A stretch of 64,000 nucleotides of DNA from Marsupella aquatica (taxonomy: Eukaryota; Plantae; Marchantiophyta), in NCBI GenBank assembly GCA_973895155.1, contig OZ316892.1, positions 8,734,148 through 8,798,147 of the forward strand, read 5' to 3'. A program made the position numbers and the translations under genes. Each line of letters begins with the position of its first letter. Position 1 is the stretch's first letter. The notes beneath the pieces are model-generated. The model saw only the letters and a list, made by a program, of their open reading frames with translations, made no database searches and was not told the origin of the DNA. Below, piece after piece: positions 1-12,580 of the stretch.

Positions 1-406
1 ATCCCACTCAATCCAAGATCTTTAAAAATTCTAGAAAATACTGTGAAGTTAACTCCTTTTTTTCCCTTTTGTAAGGGGAAGATTGACCAAAAGTGGCAGG
101 ACTAGTTATTACAGTAGTAGATGTGGGCATGGAAGCTTCAGTTTCGTAAAACTTTCGTCATAGTCTTTCTTTCGTAAAAGGAGGTATACACTGAAGTCTC
201 CCACTTTCTGCTCTATACAGAGTTTGCCAAACGTCGGACGATGAAGAATATATGGCACCCTATTTAACGGTTCTGCTCAAGCGCGCCTAACCAAATTCTA
301 GAGCAAATCTCACAGAGCTCTCAAGTGCCACCAATTTTGTTGCAGGCCTGCTTCGCTGCAGATAGGGTCGAGAGAGACGCAATTTATTGAGTGTCTCAAT
401 TTCAGA

Positions 407-459
407 TGTTCAGAATAGCATGTTCAAAATAGCATGTTCAAAATAGCATGTTCAGAATG
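407..459. repeat. 14-bp tandem repeat (ATGTTCA[G/A]AATAGC) x about 4
   Basis: Directly visible in sequence. Confidence 0.85.
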
Positions 460-1014
460 AGTGCTTCTTTTGCGGTGCATCTCCAGAAGCCATGTTGGAC
501 TAGTTACACAAACCTACCGGAGGCTTTTTTCGCGTTATTGGATTCAACGCGACCTTTTACGAATTGCAGTTTCAATTCTGAAGTAATTTGTTCTCTAACA
601 GGAAGGCAGGTCCTGGCATGCTGGAGGAGTTGAGGGTTTGAGCCACGGAAGAATTATACTCGTTCCGTCCTGCAAGCCAACTTTGGAGTATCAATTGGGT
701 TTTCAGTGGACCTCGTTAGGCTATTAAAATATTGAACTCTGCTGTGGCTCGAGCTTCAAATCTGATTCATTGTTTGCCCAAGTTCAGAAGCACTCTCTCA
801 GCTGGATAGAGCTTTGATTCCCACTTCCTGCTGCACCTGCAATGTTCGGGCTATGGATGTTTGGAGATTGGGCTACACAGTAGGAGCCGCTGCAAGAGAT
901 TGAAACACTTGTGCCAAACGCTAAGTGAAAATTCAACAAAGAAACGAGCCAGATTCAAAGTGCTAGATTCGGTGGCGGATGTTCACCTAGAGCCAACTCC
1001 CTGGACTTGGGAAG

Positions 1015-4000
1015 ATGCTGGGTGCCTTGAAATTCATCCCTCGCGAGGAGGTCGAGCGGCATGATGGCGGGGTGAGGCCGATTGTATTGTTTTTCACATG
1101 TTTTTCTGAATTGGCTACATTTTAACTTGCAACTGGTTTTTCTGAAATGGCTGCATTTTAACCTGCCACATTTCGAGAATTTAGGTCTCAGTGCTTTGGA
1201 AAACCACTGTATCGCAATGCTTGATTGAGTTGGAATTTAGAACTCTTTTGTTGCTATAGAAAAAGAGCAGTCGAGGAGGATCGAAGAAGCGGAAGCACAA
1301 AGACAAAGTTAAGGCAAAGAGCGGGTCAAAAAGTCGGGAGCGAAAGAAACGGGCGAGATCCGTTGACAGCGAAGGAACAGGAAACAGCAGCAGCAGCGGT
1401 GCATCTGATGAGTCGGGTACTGCTTTCTTTGACCGACGCTCTTCGTCTGACACTCAGACTTGTACAACGACAAGGAACCTAAGGCTTCTTCTCTGGAATC
1501 GAAAGAGGATGCTAAAACCACGAGTACATAATATATCTGGTAGACATTCCAGTAAACATTGAGGAGGGAGCTCAAAACTTGTCTGCGTGACGTAGAATTC
1601 ATTCATTGTTCCTATCATAATTAGGTTTCTTATCTTTGGGTGGGCTTGCAGACAGGGAACTCGAGGCTTCTGCTCTAGATTTGAAAGAGGACGCCAAAAC
1701 CAGGAGGAAGGAGGCTGGCCTTGGATGGATGCTAAATGCACCTGATCGTCCCTTTGGCATTTCTGCGCCATCAGAAGCTGCCCAGGACAACCCTACTCTA
1801 GATTCTGAGGTGCGTCCGTGGAATTTTTACCTAAGAGCGTCTATATGATGGAAGACCACGATTGCGTTTTGGGCTGGATTTCTTGGTTCTGTTTTTTTCC
1901 TTCCCCAGGCTTGCTTTGCTTTCTTTAGCAATGGTGCACGATCAAATTGTCTCAGCGTCTCGTTTCTAATCTGCTTTTGAAATCGTACCATCCCGTTACC
2001 CTCACAGCAACCTAAGTCTCATACAAGGGAACTCAATCCATATCTTGCTGCTGGAGGAGAGGAAATTGAGCAGCCTGCTGCAACCCGGAAAGCTGCAATT
2101 CCTTTCATAGGCGATGGAGGTGCCAGCTGGCGATTGAAAGCATTGAAGAGGGCACAAGAGCGGGCTGCACGAGAAGGAGGCAGTCTTGAAGAGGTATGGA
2201 TTGCCCCCGAGGATTGTCTGTGTCACTCTCTGAGCTGCCTATGCTCATGCAAAGATGGTAGTGATGTCTTGGTTTGTAATTGATATCTCTTTTAGTTCTC
2301 TTTGGCAGTAATCTTTCTTGTTTTGTGTAATATGCGCCAGTTTATGCAAAAGAGCGTGATAATAATGCCACTAATAATATTCAACTGGTCCCGCTTAGAT
2401 CTTTTCCTAGCAACCCTAACCTTCCATCTGCATAAATTGAGAATCGCCTAACAAAGAGGAGCTCGCAGATTGTGGAGGAGCGCTGGGGCTCTCTTGGAAA
2501 CCTTACCAGCAGTGTTGCCGTAAGAAGATCAGCACATGCAAATGCACATTTGCATGCTATCAGGGACAGAAAATCACGTAAAACTGAAGAAACTGCTGAC
2601 GATAGTGCAACCGATCACAAGGAGCCTGAAGGAAGGTCGATGGATGGTCCAGCTGCTGATCGGCGGGACGATGACAATCGACGGTACACCTCACACATGA
2701 AAGCTCCTCGAGCGGATGCATCCTTATCATGGAAGAGCAGGAAGAAATTTGAGAACCAGCCACTCAGAGATGCAGATGCTGCAATTGTACGAGCTGCAGC
2801 AACAACGTTCAACAAGTATGCTGGTGATGGATCTTTTCTCAGAAGTTTTGATACTGAGCGTCAAGCTGAAGGCAGCAGGAGTTCTTTAGCGGACAAATCC
2901 TCTGTGGCAAATCCGGGGGAACAAGCCAGTACCAGTGATTCGTTTGATGTCATCTATGAGCCAACAAGGGTTTTTAAGAAACTGGAGGAAGCACTTCAAA
3001 ACAGCAGGGGGGATGACGAGGACATCCGTCAAGCTAAACCAGCTGCCCTCCCTCATAGAGTTCCGGATGGAGGCAGTAGTTCAGGCCTTAGTGCCAACCA
3101 GGTTGCTGCGAAAGCCATGCGGTTTCGATTATCAGGGAAGACACAAGAAGCAGATGAGCTCCTGGTATGGTTTTATGTCATACAAACTGAATCATAGCTA
3201 CTGCATGGAGCTGTAAATTGCACTGTTTTTCTCAATTATGAAAGGAAGATGTCTATCTTCTAGGGGCATGGCGAGTGTTGAGATAGGAACCCTGGTTCAC
3301 AAAGCCTTCCTGGGAGGGTGACGAGGATCGTGATTATTTGCCATTGTAGTTTAGTTTGTTTATTCATCTTGCGGGCACCTACGTTGTATTACCGTGGTAT
3401 ACTTCAAATCTATTCGAGTTTCACTCTGGGACGATGAGGCTGACTGTTTCAAGGGATGTTCATTGCATGATCTGTTCTAAACCTCTAAAGAATTTTGATC
3501 CGCAGAAAGATTTTGAAGCTAGTTCTAAGGACAGACCTCCTCAGAGACCTACACAAGACGTTGCTGCTCCACCTGTGCAATCAGAGCGACCAAGGTATGT
3601 TACCTAACGAACAGAAAAATCGTTCTTAAATAGTTCATTTCTTTAAGAAGGTCCAGTAGCCTTCCCTAAGGATTCTAAACATAAGATGACTGAAATAAGA
3701 GGGTTGACCTCAAACAAGGAGGCTACAAGTTTTTTGTTACCTTGATTCCCTAGGCCAGTTGTTTATGAATTGTGTTGGTTCGTCATTTGCTCAATGCGCA
3801 AGTGGACAAAGAAAACCTTTAAATTTGTGTTGTGCTTAGGAATCTCCTCTGCATGAAAGTTGGCTTCTCTGGAGTGGGAACTTCTAAAAAAATAACCGAA
3901 GCTCTCTATTTTGTAGGCAAGTTACAAGCAGTGGCTTGAACAGAAGCAGCTTCCAGGCAAAAGACAAGCTCCATGCCCGTAATCAAAGCTATGATGCAGA

Positions 4001-5690
4001 AATGGCGGGGACTATTGCCCGCAATAAGTCGTACAAAGGGAATGTAAATGACGAGTATGAAGATTTTGGCAACGGCATGGAATCAGAATTGGTTCATGAT
4101 AAGAAGGGGAGCAAGAAGAAACTTGCAGAGAGAGGCACAACACAAAGCGGGAGAGATGGATTTAGGCATCTTACAATCCAACAGGAGCAGTGCCAATTTT
4201 GTTTCGAGAATCCTAGGAGACCAAAGCATCTTGTGATCGCCATTGCCAACTTTGTGTATCTTATGCTCCCGCAAACCAGCTCTCTAGTACCTTTCCATTG
4301 CTACATTGTGCCCATGCAGGTATTCGACTCTTGATAATTATTTCTATGTAATGTATGGAATGTTGTGTCTACGTTTTTGGCCAAGAGGTTTGTTCTGTAG
4401 TCAAGGCGTCTTGACTTTTTTTTGCGTTATTCCGAAAGTTATTAACAGTAATCTGAAATCTGTAGATTTGAGAACATGAAAGGTACCCGCTTGCTGATGT
4501 GACCATTTCGGTGTTGTCTGCAGCACGACGGTGGAACTCGAAATGTGGATGAAAACGTTTGGCAAGAGGTGCGCAATTTCAAGAAGTGCTTGGTCCAGAT
4601 GTTTGGCGACCAGGGCAAGGGAGTGCTCTTTCTAGAAACAGCCATGAAACTTACCCGGAAACGCAAGCATTGTTTAATTGAATGCATTCCTGTTCCATCT
4701 GATGTGGAAAAGGATGCCCCATTGTATTTTAAGAAGGTACGCTAGCTTGAAGCTCTGAACCAATCATCGTAATTTGATTTCTCTCCTAACCTCGCAGACT
4801 AATGTACAGACTTGTGCATTATTGTACTGTTCGGAGGGAAATCTTTTAGACAATAAATTGTCTACATTACCATCTGGCTTTAGGATTCTCAGTCTTTGTG
4901 GCTAAGTAAATAGAGGAGCATTAATTTTTTCCAGAACAATGAAATGCCAGATTGTCGTGTGGTGCCTGATTTGTCGTACGATGTTGGCTATTGATGTTTA
5001 AGAACTTCGAAGCAATTCCTTGCTCTAATTTTCTTACCAGCCATGCTAAACCATCCGGATTGTTCAGTGGCCTAGTACAGCCAGCAAGTGATGAAGCTAG
5101 TGTTAGGCGTCTGCGTAGATGTTCAATTGCGAACGTGTCACAGATGAGAACTCTGTCGCTTTCGGTACTCTATCCTTACATGAAATAAATTAGAGGAAGT
5201 TCTCACTCCCTATGCTAGAACAAGGTCTGCCCATCGAAAACTGTATGAAGAATAGAGTTCTTTACTTCGTGTCTTCTAGACTGCTCTGGATGCTATACGT
5301 ACAGGCAGATTGGACTCTCCTGGCTGGTTAATGTTAGTTTATAAGAGTTGTTTGGTATGTTTTCCGCAGGCGATTGATGAAGCAGAAGATGAATGGAGCC
5401 AGCATAATGCCAAGAAATTAATTGATACACGGCAGAAGGGTTTGCGGAACAGCATCCCGAAAAACTTCCCTTACTTCCATGTTGAGTTCGGTATCCAAGG
5501 AGGATACTGCCATGTAATTGATGACGAAAGCAGCTTCAAGCCGCAATTTGGTCGTGATGTGGTTGCTGGTATGTTGGAACTTCCAGAAGAAGGCCATCTT
5601 AGGCAAGATTCAACCGAGCAGCAGAGGATTAAAGTTAAAGAGTTCTTGAAATTGTGGGAGCCTTTTGATTGGACCAAGATGCTCGACTGA
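1015..5690 (+). CDS. CWF19L2: CWF19-like protein 2 (CwfJ C-terminal domains), spliceosome-associated; exons approx. 1015-1071, 1260-1416, 1652-1810, 2008-2193, 2470-3163, 3506-3594, 3917-4320, 4524-4736, 5370-5690
   Basis: Plant-type N-terminus MLGALKFIPREE. Motifs RELNPY and GDGGASWRLKALKRAQE; CwfJ_C1 (CQFCFENP...HCYIVPMQH...HCLIECIPVP); CwfJ_C2 (WSQHNAKKLIDT...FPYFHVEFG...WEPFDWTKMLD*). Canonical GT-AG junctions. Confidence 0.95.
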
Positions 5691-5884
5691 TCTGTGGTGT
5701 AATATAACTTCCCTAGTGCTACATAACATTCTAGTGTGATCTCTGATTTGAAATCCACCTGATTTGGCCCCCTTGAGCTCTGTTGAGTTCTGCAATCACA
5801 GGGGAAGACTTTGGGTATGCATGAAAGTGCGCTCTAGCCCTCAGTTCTGAACTCTCGCATACCTCCGACTCCTAATTAAAATAG

Positions 5885-6036
5885 GAGTACTGGAAGGGAA
5901 AGTTCGTACATCGGCTACTATCCTCTGCTGGGCTACTTCTCCATCGCCGAGAATGAGTGTATGGGCCGGGAGTGCTACAACCTCATGCAGAAAATGCTCC
6001 TCCCCTGCGGACTGCCACCAGAGAGAGGATGATTGA
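5885..6036 (+). pseudogene. Frameshifted orphan 3'-terminal coding fragment of an unidentified protein
   Basis: Reads EYWKGKF/YIGYYPLLGYFSIAENECMGRECYNLMQKMLLPCGLPPER/DD* with GC3-rich codons and two frameshifts. No upstream exons. Bracketed by ~55-bp direct repeats. Confidence 0.55.
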
Positions 6037-6579
6037 TTTCGGGGTTTTGGATTTCCGGGAGACGACCGTGAGGGCGCTCAGCCGATGACGATTTTAGGGA
6101 AGAAGAGCGTGACGACTTTGTTGCAGATGTGTTTTAGGATTGAGATTCTTTCTGATAAATCTTGGACGGTGTGTCAAATTTACCTTCGGTAATGCAAGTG
6201 CGCTCTAGCGCTCAGTTGCCAACTCTGGCATGCCTTCCGACTCCTAATTAACTGCCTTTCAGTGAGTCCTGCAATCTCAGGGAAGACTTCGTTCAGCAAT
6301 TTCCATACTGTAGAAACGAAATAAAAAATGCATCGTGGGGCGAAACTCTGAAAGTCGGCTTTTGCGGCTTTGCGGCCTTGGTTTCTCAGTTTTAACTCCC
6401 GATCCCGAACTCCGTTTGAGCTCAAATTTCAATCGCAGAATTGTCCCAGAAAAGATCCTTACTGAGCAAATCCACTGCATTTGAGCAATATCGTTAAATT
6501 TGAGCTTAGTAGAAGTGGTCTCCGTTAATGTCGACACCCCGCAGTGATGTCGACTTCATGGTTATGACTGTGTAAACAT

Positions 6580-6745
6580 TATCTGCAGAAAAATGCAAAT
6601 TGAGCTTTCTACTGCAATACTCCAAAAGAGCAGAGAGGGACAAGCAAAGGTTGACACAACTTAGTCAGCTCTCCAAACATGAGGCTAGAAACTGGGACTC
6701 TGAAAGCTGTGACGAAAAATGCGTTTGGTCCTGTACACTTCACAC
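6580..6745 (-). pseudogene. Remnant of a tRNA 2-thiouridylase (MnmA/TrmU) exon plus intron
   Basis: Minus strand gives cag|DQTHFSSQLSESQF...FGELTK, resembling MnmA DQTYFLSxLSQxQL..FPLG. The adjoining sequence is paralogous to ~17785-17880. Confidence 0.6.
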
Positions 6746-7599
6746 CGATTTGATGGACATTTTATTGAGCAAGCACGTTACACTCCACACCGATTTGATG
6801 GACATGTTATTGAGTAAGCACGTTAATACAAGAAAGGAGGGCTTTCCAGGAGGGTTAAAGGGTTGACATTCAAAGTCCGAAATTAAGTGTAAATCAGGAG
6901 CGTTCCTTGAATACTCCTCACTGAACTTTTGTCGTTGGATACCAATCTTTGCATTCCAAATGTCCTCAGGTGAATAAATATTTTATTGCTGAATTTATAC
7001 TGAGAGCACATCGATGCTCCTTTTGGGGAAACTTTCCCAGAGCATGGCAGTTGCATCCATTGTTAAGAAAGACAAGTCAAGAGAAGTACATGAGGGACGT
7101 AATATCTTGCCTCACGCTACCTTATTCCAGATTACATAATAAGAAAATCTACCCGTTGTCAAATGGGATGTTTGGACGCAGGCTCCTAAGGCTTAAAAAT
7201 TCCAAAACTATAAACTGTTGCCATGTAATGGTGTCTTTCCATGTTCCCTTTAGGCAGTCCTCATAATTTTCAACGATCAGAGTTCAGTTCTGAGGGATGT
7301 CCGCGGACAATCTCGTAAATGTACCTCTCTCGCTGACCAGATCTATACGTTGGTGTTCAGCATCTTATGACGAAAGTAATTAAAATTTGAGTTCTTGTCA
7401 CGACGTCCAAGATACTCAATGGAGGGGACGTGGGTCAGGAGGAATCAACTTGCTGTTTAGTCCTGCAGTTGGAACAACCGAAGCTAAACAAACCAACCTT
7501 CCAATAGAAGAGGTCAAGGTGGGAGGGCTGTAAGCTGTACTATTGTCTTCCTGAATCTTCATATAGTAACCTGAAAATGGGTCATCGCCTTAGAAAACC

Positions 7600-8220
7600 T
7601 TCAGGGATCCTTTTTCACATCTGTTAGTTTTCTCATGATACAGAAAGTACAATTTGACCAGGTTCTCCTTACTTTCCTTGTGTTGGTGAAAACAGAAAGT
7701 AATTGAAGCTGATAAGATAGATAGACGATATCCATTGACTGGTAATCTAACTGAAAGCATTTACAACGAGTATTGCAGGTATAATTTCCTTCAACGCTGA
7801 TTCGAGTCTTTCTGACAGTGTCCCCTGCAATCTGAAGTTGGTCTTGGAGCGTGAAAACGTGAATAAATGCAATCCAGGTAAGCGTAATCCCAGCACTACC
7901 CCCGGGGCTACACCAAATGTGTAGGGCCCGAAGTGAGTTTCCAAACCTTTGTTGGGCTTTGGGATTTTCATGTAGATTCCAAGATCCTACCATAGATATC
8001 GAAGGAGTGAAGAAGTACACTGTAGCTCTTCGATTCTTTCTTGAGCCAGATACATCAAAGCAAGAGATCTAGGGCCTCGCACTGTTCACTTGGGCTGGAG
8101 GCTCAGAGGGTAGTTTTTGTACTCCTTTGATTGATGCTTACCTTGATAGGGTGGCCCTTTCACGTTCGTTGAATTTTTTGGCCACCATGCGCATCTAGTG
8201 TAGCTGAGGCTGCAGAAAAC
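7600..8220 (-). pseudogene. Degraded spliced-gene remnant, identity unknown
   Basis: Exon-like segments bounded by cag|...|gtaag, with protein-like but stop-interrupted translations (MRMVAKKFNERERATLSR; GLETHFGPYTFGVAPG; RLQGTLSERLESALKEIIPAILVVNAF). Confidence 0.3.
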
Positions 8221-9297
8221 AAGCCAGTTTCCACGGCAGAAGAACAGTATTGTGTGCTCTTTTGGTGGATGCGCACTTGATAGAAGTTCCTTGTTCAAAC
8301 AAAAGGTCACTTCAACTTGGATGTGACTGTGTTCTGTCATCTTTTAGATTCGGGACTTAACTTACTCTGGCTTTATAACCCTCGGTTTTGCTAGGCACAT
8401 GAAACTAAACCCTTGCATCCCACCATACGAAGGGTTAATGAAACTATAGTCGCATGCTTCTAAAGGCTACTTAGCTGAGTGCCTCTATGGATAACTGCGG
8501 TCCCTGCTTGTAGAGACTGTAGTTATAACTGGAGTTTTCGCTTTTTGTTCCATTTGTTCGTTCTCTGCTTGTAAAAACATGGAGTCTTCGTTCTCTGCTT
8601 GTAAAAACATGGAGTCTGTTGTAGATGACTAACATTAACTGCACCGCAGATGTCCGTCGCAAGACTACGTCGCCTATCGCATCTGAAGTTGTTTGTTGTG
8701 CCGGGACACAACAGATGGGAGTGGTTTGATCACATCACATTCTGAAACATGGAAAATTTCTAGATTTACAGCGTTTATAGAAGCATTGACACCGTCATTT
8801 CTGACAACGTTGTTTCTGTAGAACACTTCTTCATAGCTGAAAAAAAATGTTCATAGCTGAGACAAGAGGTTCTACAAACTATGTTATTGATGTCATCGAC
8901 ACGGAGTGGAAAGTCCACTATTTATCCCAGGATGTGGGGTCAATCACAGAAATGTCAACCTGAAGGGTGCTCCTATTTGATTAAAGCAGACTTGAGGAAA
9001 GTTTCCAAGAATGACAGCACAGACTAGACAACCTGCTCCAATCAAGCTGCAAGATTCTCCAGGTTACTTTGTCGCCTAGGAACCTGGTATGAAACGCTGC
9101 AAGGAGATTGCGCTGACTGTGGAAAATTGATGATTACTTCGCTCTGGAACTGGAAGTTGGGAAAGTCATCCTGGGTCGGAGCAACCTGAGTAATACATGT
9201 GAATCAACGTTTACCACCTTCACCTGGGGTTTAAGGGGTCAAATCAGTAAGGTTTTGGGTTTCGTCCTTGACTCCAACCTGATGCTCTGCAGTTTCC

Positions 9298-9530
9298 AGC
9301 ATTTCTGATTTTCGAATCGAGGTCAGTCCCAGGGCTCTAGTATGGTCCATTGGAGAGAACTTACCCATCCACTCTTCATATAGGCCTTTGTTAGTCCTCG
9401 GACACAGTTGGAGCATTTCTGTTGTTCGAATCGAAGTCAGTTTCATGGATGAGCGTGGTCCATTGAAGGGAAACTTACGAATCCACTGTTTACTTAGGAC
9501 TTTGTTAATCCTTGGACAGCTCGACATAAC
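9298..9530. repeat. Diverged ~114-bp tandem duplication (x2)
   Basis: AGCATTTCTG..TCGAATCGA.GTCAGT...TGGTCCATTG...CTTTGTTA.TCCT.GGACA occurs twice. Confidence 0.75.
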
Positions 9531-11203
9531 CACATGTTCTATTTCGGGGTAGGGAGCAACGTCTATTGTTCTGCACCATTTTAACCCTTGTTAGCGATCC
9601 GCTTGTTCGAAGTAGAAGTGGCCAAGAAAGACCAGGCAATGTTTTGTCAGGATTTATGCAATCACGGTCGTATAGAGCAAAACTTTGGCAGTTTTAAGTA
9701 GTCCACCCCGCCAAATGTACTTGTTGCCCCTAGCGAACAATCTACTTTAGGTGTAACCAGGGCCCAACCCGGTTGCAGCACAAACATGCAAAATGCAGAA
9801 GGTATAGCCCACCACACAAATCACGCAGATCTACAATTTGGAAAAACTTAACGTGCTAAACGAAATAACGCTGAGTCATGAAAACAATACAGCGAGACAG
9901 GTTAAATCATGCCAGGCCCACATCAGACGGAAGACGAGAAAGATCCAATTCACGAATCAGGTTACAGTGAACTGCAATTCGAAATATGTCACTCTATATG
10001 CATACAATCAAACTCATTCCATGTAAGTGTACAGAAGATTAGAAATAGCTTATGTTTGAGTAGCAGGCTGGCAGACTACTTATGATCGGGAAGGGTTCCA
10101 AGCGCGAAATTTGTGGAGAAAAACTAAAACCTCAGATTCCTCAGCACAACGTTCATAAAATCCAGAGTGAAAGGTTCATGAGAGGTTTCGAATCCAATGG
10201 TATATTTCGTCCAGTGGTCGTGTACCTTCCAACGTAATTGAGTTCACATATGGCTCTCTTGAATCTAGTGAGCACACCAATCGTGATCTAGTTTAGGCCC
10301 TCACGACAGCACAAACACAACACTAACTCCTTCGGGCATACAACAATCGACAATTAATCGGAGAACTACGCAACATCCAAAATCAATCACTCAGACCAGA
10401 AGCACGAGAACGAGATGACTCCGCAAGATCAACCATTCTAGAAATGATCAGATGATCACTAAAATCGTCTCCACTTGAGAAGGAACGCCAATACTTCCAA
10501 CAACTAAAACATGTCAAAAAGCCAGCAAAAGAGCATCGACTCAGACTCACACACAGACGCATTCTATCTCACAGAACTTCCGTGGTAGACCTGTACAGGC
10601 ACCTATAAATTAATTACCTCCACAATGAAAGAAAAATTCAACAACAAGGCCTCCATGGCTGGCTCGTTCTAAAGTTCCAGTGAACCCTAAACTAATCGCC
10701 ACATTCACCTCACTCACTCGGACGCAGTCCCAGCTGAACACTTCTCGCAACGGAAAGTAACTAACACTTCATGCAGGATCGTCTCCGAGATAACACTATC
10801 ACAGCTGAAATGAGATCCTCAGTTCGTGAAATAGGATGAAAGAACTCAGAAAAACCATCCATAGACAATAATTTTGAGATCAGTACTCTGCGAAGCTCCT
10901 CGTCCACAATCCACACGCAGACATTGGTGTTCAGTATATGATGAAAAGGCAACACTCGTCTCATTCCTTCCGTGGTGAGGGAGGGCTGATAGATCAGTAC
11001 CGTCTCATTGCTTCGTTCAATGCGGCAGGCAATACGCCAGCCTGGAGTTCATCCTAGTAGTAACTAAGCATTCGTACTCAAGAGGTTTGCGCTTAGAACA
11101 ACCCCTTCAGGTAAGTCTCCCAGGCCAAATAATGGCTCTCCACGACGCATGTGAGATGCGGGACGAGACTGCTCCTACAAAATTGATATTGAGAGAAGGC
11201 TGA

Positions 11204-11473
11204 CTACTTCCCGGTGGGTGGGGCGCCTAGCAGGCCCGCGTTTTGGCTCTCGAGGTCCACCATCTGTTGCTCCCGATCCATTTCGATGATGAGAGGAACG
11301 ACGAAGACGAGGAACGATGTGCCGGCGATCCACGCCGCCTTCCCGGTGCTCCAGAGCAGCTTCTGGCTGAACCGCGCCGTGTTGGACAGCGCCCGCTTCG
11401 ACTTCTGGAACAGCGCCGACTGTGTCACGTTGTTTCCTATCCGCGTCAACGAGTTCTCATCCTTCCCTGCCAT
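11204..11473 (-). CDS. TOM22: Mitochondrial import receptor subunit TOM22 (plant TOM9), single coding exon
   Basis: KLLWSTGKAAWIAGTSFLVFVVPLIIEMDREQQ is the plant TOM9 signature. First ATG at 11473; the frame stays open upstream to a TTG at 11506. GA-rich 5' leader. Confidence 0.93.
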   Translation of the reverse strand: MAGKDENSLTRIGNNVTQSALFQKSKRALSNTARFSQKLLWSTGKAAWIAGTSFLVFVVPLIIEMDREQQMVDLESQNAGLLGAPPTGK

Positions 11474-11574
11474 GACCCCCTTCTTCCCTGATACTTCGGC
11501 TACCAAGCTCGCAAACCCTGAACTCTAATCCCTTGATTCGGCCGAGAAGAAGCACAAACCTCGGCCCTCTCAAT

Positions 11575-11831
11575 CTCTCTCTCTCTCTCTCTCTCAGTTC
11601 ACAAACCCTCGACTCGAATCGCTTGTTTCGCCAAAAAATCTGCAAAGCTCGCTCCGCTCCGCTCCCGAAATCAGTGAGGTCGGAAGTTGGGTACCGAGTA
11701 CAGAACCGAAGCTCACGAACTTTGCCTGTCTGCTTTTCCACCTGGACGATGGATCTGCTCTCTCGAAGGATTGAGTGAGAGATTTGTTGATTGCCTTCGG
11801 TTCTGAGAGCGAAACGTGAAACGTGAGCTTC

Positions 11832-11865
<34 letters not shown>
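11575..11865. repeat. Two (CT)n/(GA)n microsatellites in the TOM22 5' leader (~11575-11596 and ~11833-11865)
   Basis: Directly visible; GA tracts are typical of plant 5' UTRs. Confidence 0.9.
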
Positions 11866-11869
<4 letters not shown>

Positions 11870-11899
11870 GCACGCTCTGTGACCTAACCCCAGTTAAGG

Positions 11900-12580
11900 A
11901 CGCACCTGGGTTGAGTGAGACATATTGAGTGTAGTTCTGAGTCTTATGGCTTTGCCCATCTCTAGTCTTGGTTAAGTGAAACTGTTGCATCTCTTGTGTG
12001 GGTTGAGTGAAATTCATGTACTGTAGTTTCTATTCCCAATAGCTTCCCATCTCTTGTCTGGGTTGAGTGAAACTTTTTGAGTAGTTATGAATGCCATGGC
12101 TTTGGCTATCTCTTGTCGGGGTTGAGTGACATTTGTTTACTGAAGTTCTGATTGCCATAGCTTTGCCATTTTCTTGTCTGGGTTGAGTGAAATTTGTGTA
12201 CTGTGGTTTCTATTGCAATAGCTTTGTCTGGGTTAGCAGCCAGCCCCTTCTCCCCCCCGCCCCTTCCCCAATGGTCAGGTCTCCCAATTCAAGATCCATA
12301 ATCTCCGGTTCCCCATCTGGTTCAAGGTACTTTCAAGTCTACTATGGCAAATGGTTTCTCTTAATATTGACACTAGTGATTTATTTTTTTCTAATTTTGA
12401 TATTCACACTAGAGAATGTTTTTTACTGCAGTTCTGATTCCCATGGCTTTCCCCTTCGATCTCCTGTCTGGGTTGTGAGATTTATTGACCGAAGTTCTGA
12501 CCTCGGCATAGCTTTGCCCTTGTCTTGTCTTGTCTTGTCTTGTCTTGTTTTGTCTTGTCTAGAGTGAGTGAAATATATTG
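11900..12580. repeat. Diverged ~60-bp minisatellite, about 8-9 units, interrupted at ~12236-12410 and ending in (TCTTG)n
   Basis: Recurring CTGGGTTGAGTGAAA...GTAGTTCTGA...CCATAGCTTTGCCATCTCTTGT. Confidence 0.85.

Noticed and set aside
11457-12017. 186-aa ORF with ER repeats
   Set aside because: Artefact of GA microsatellites and the minisatellite in the TOM22 leader.
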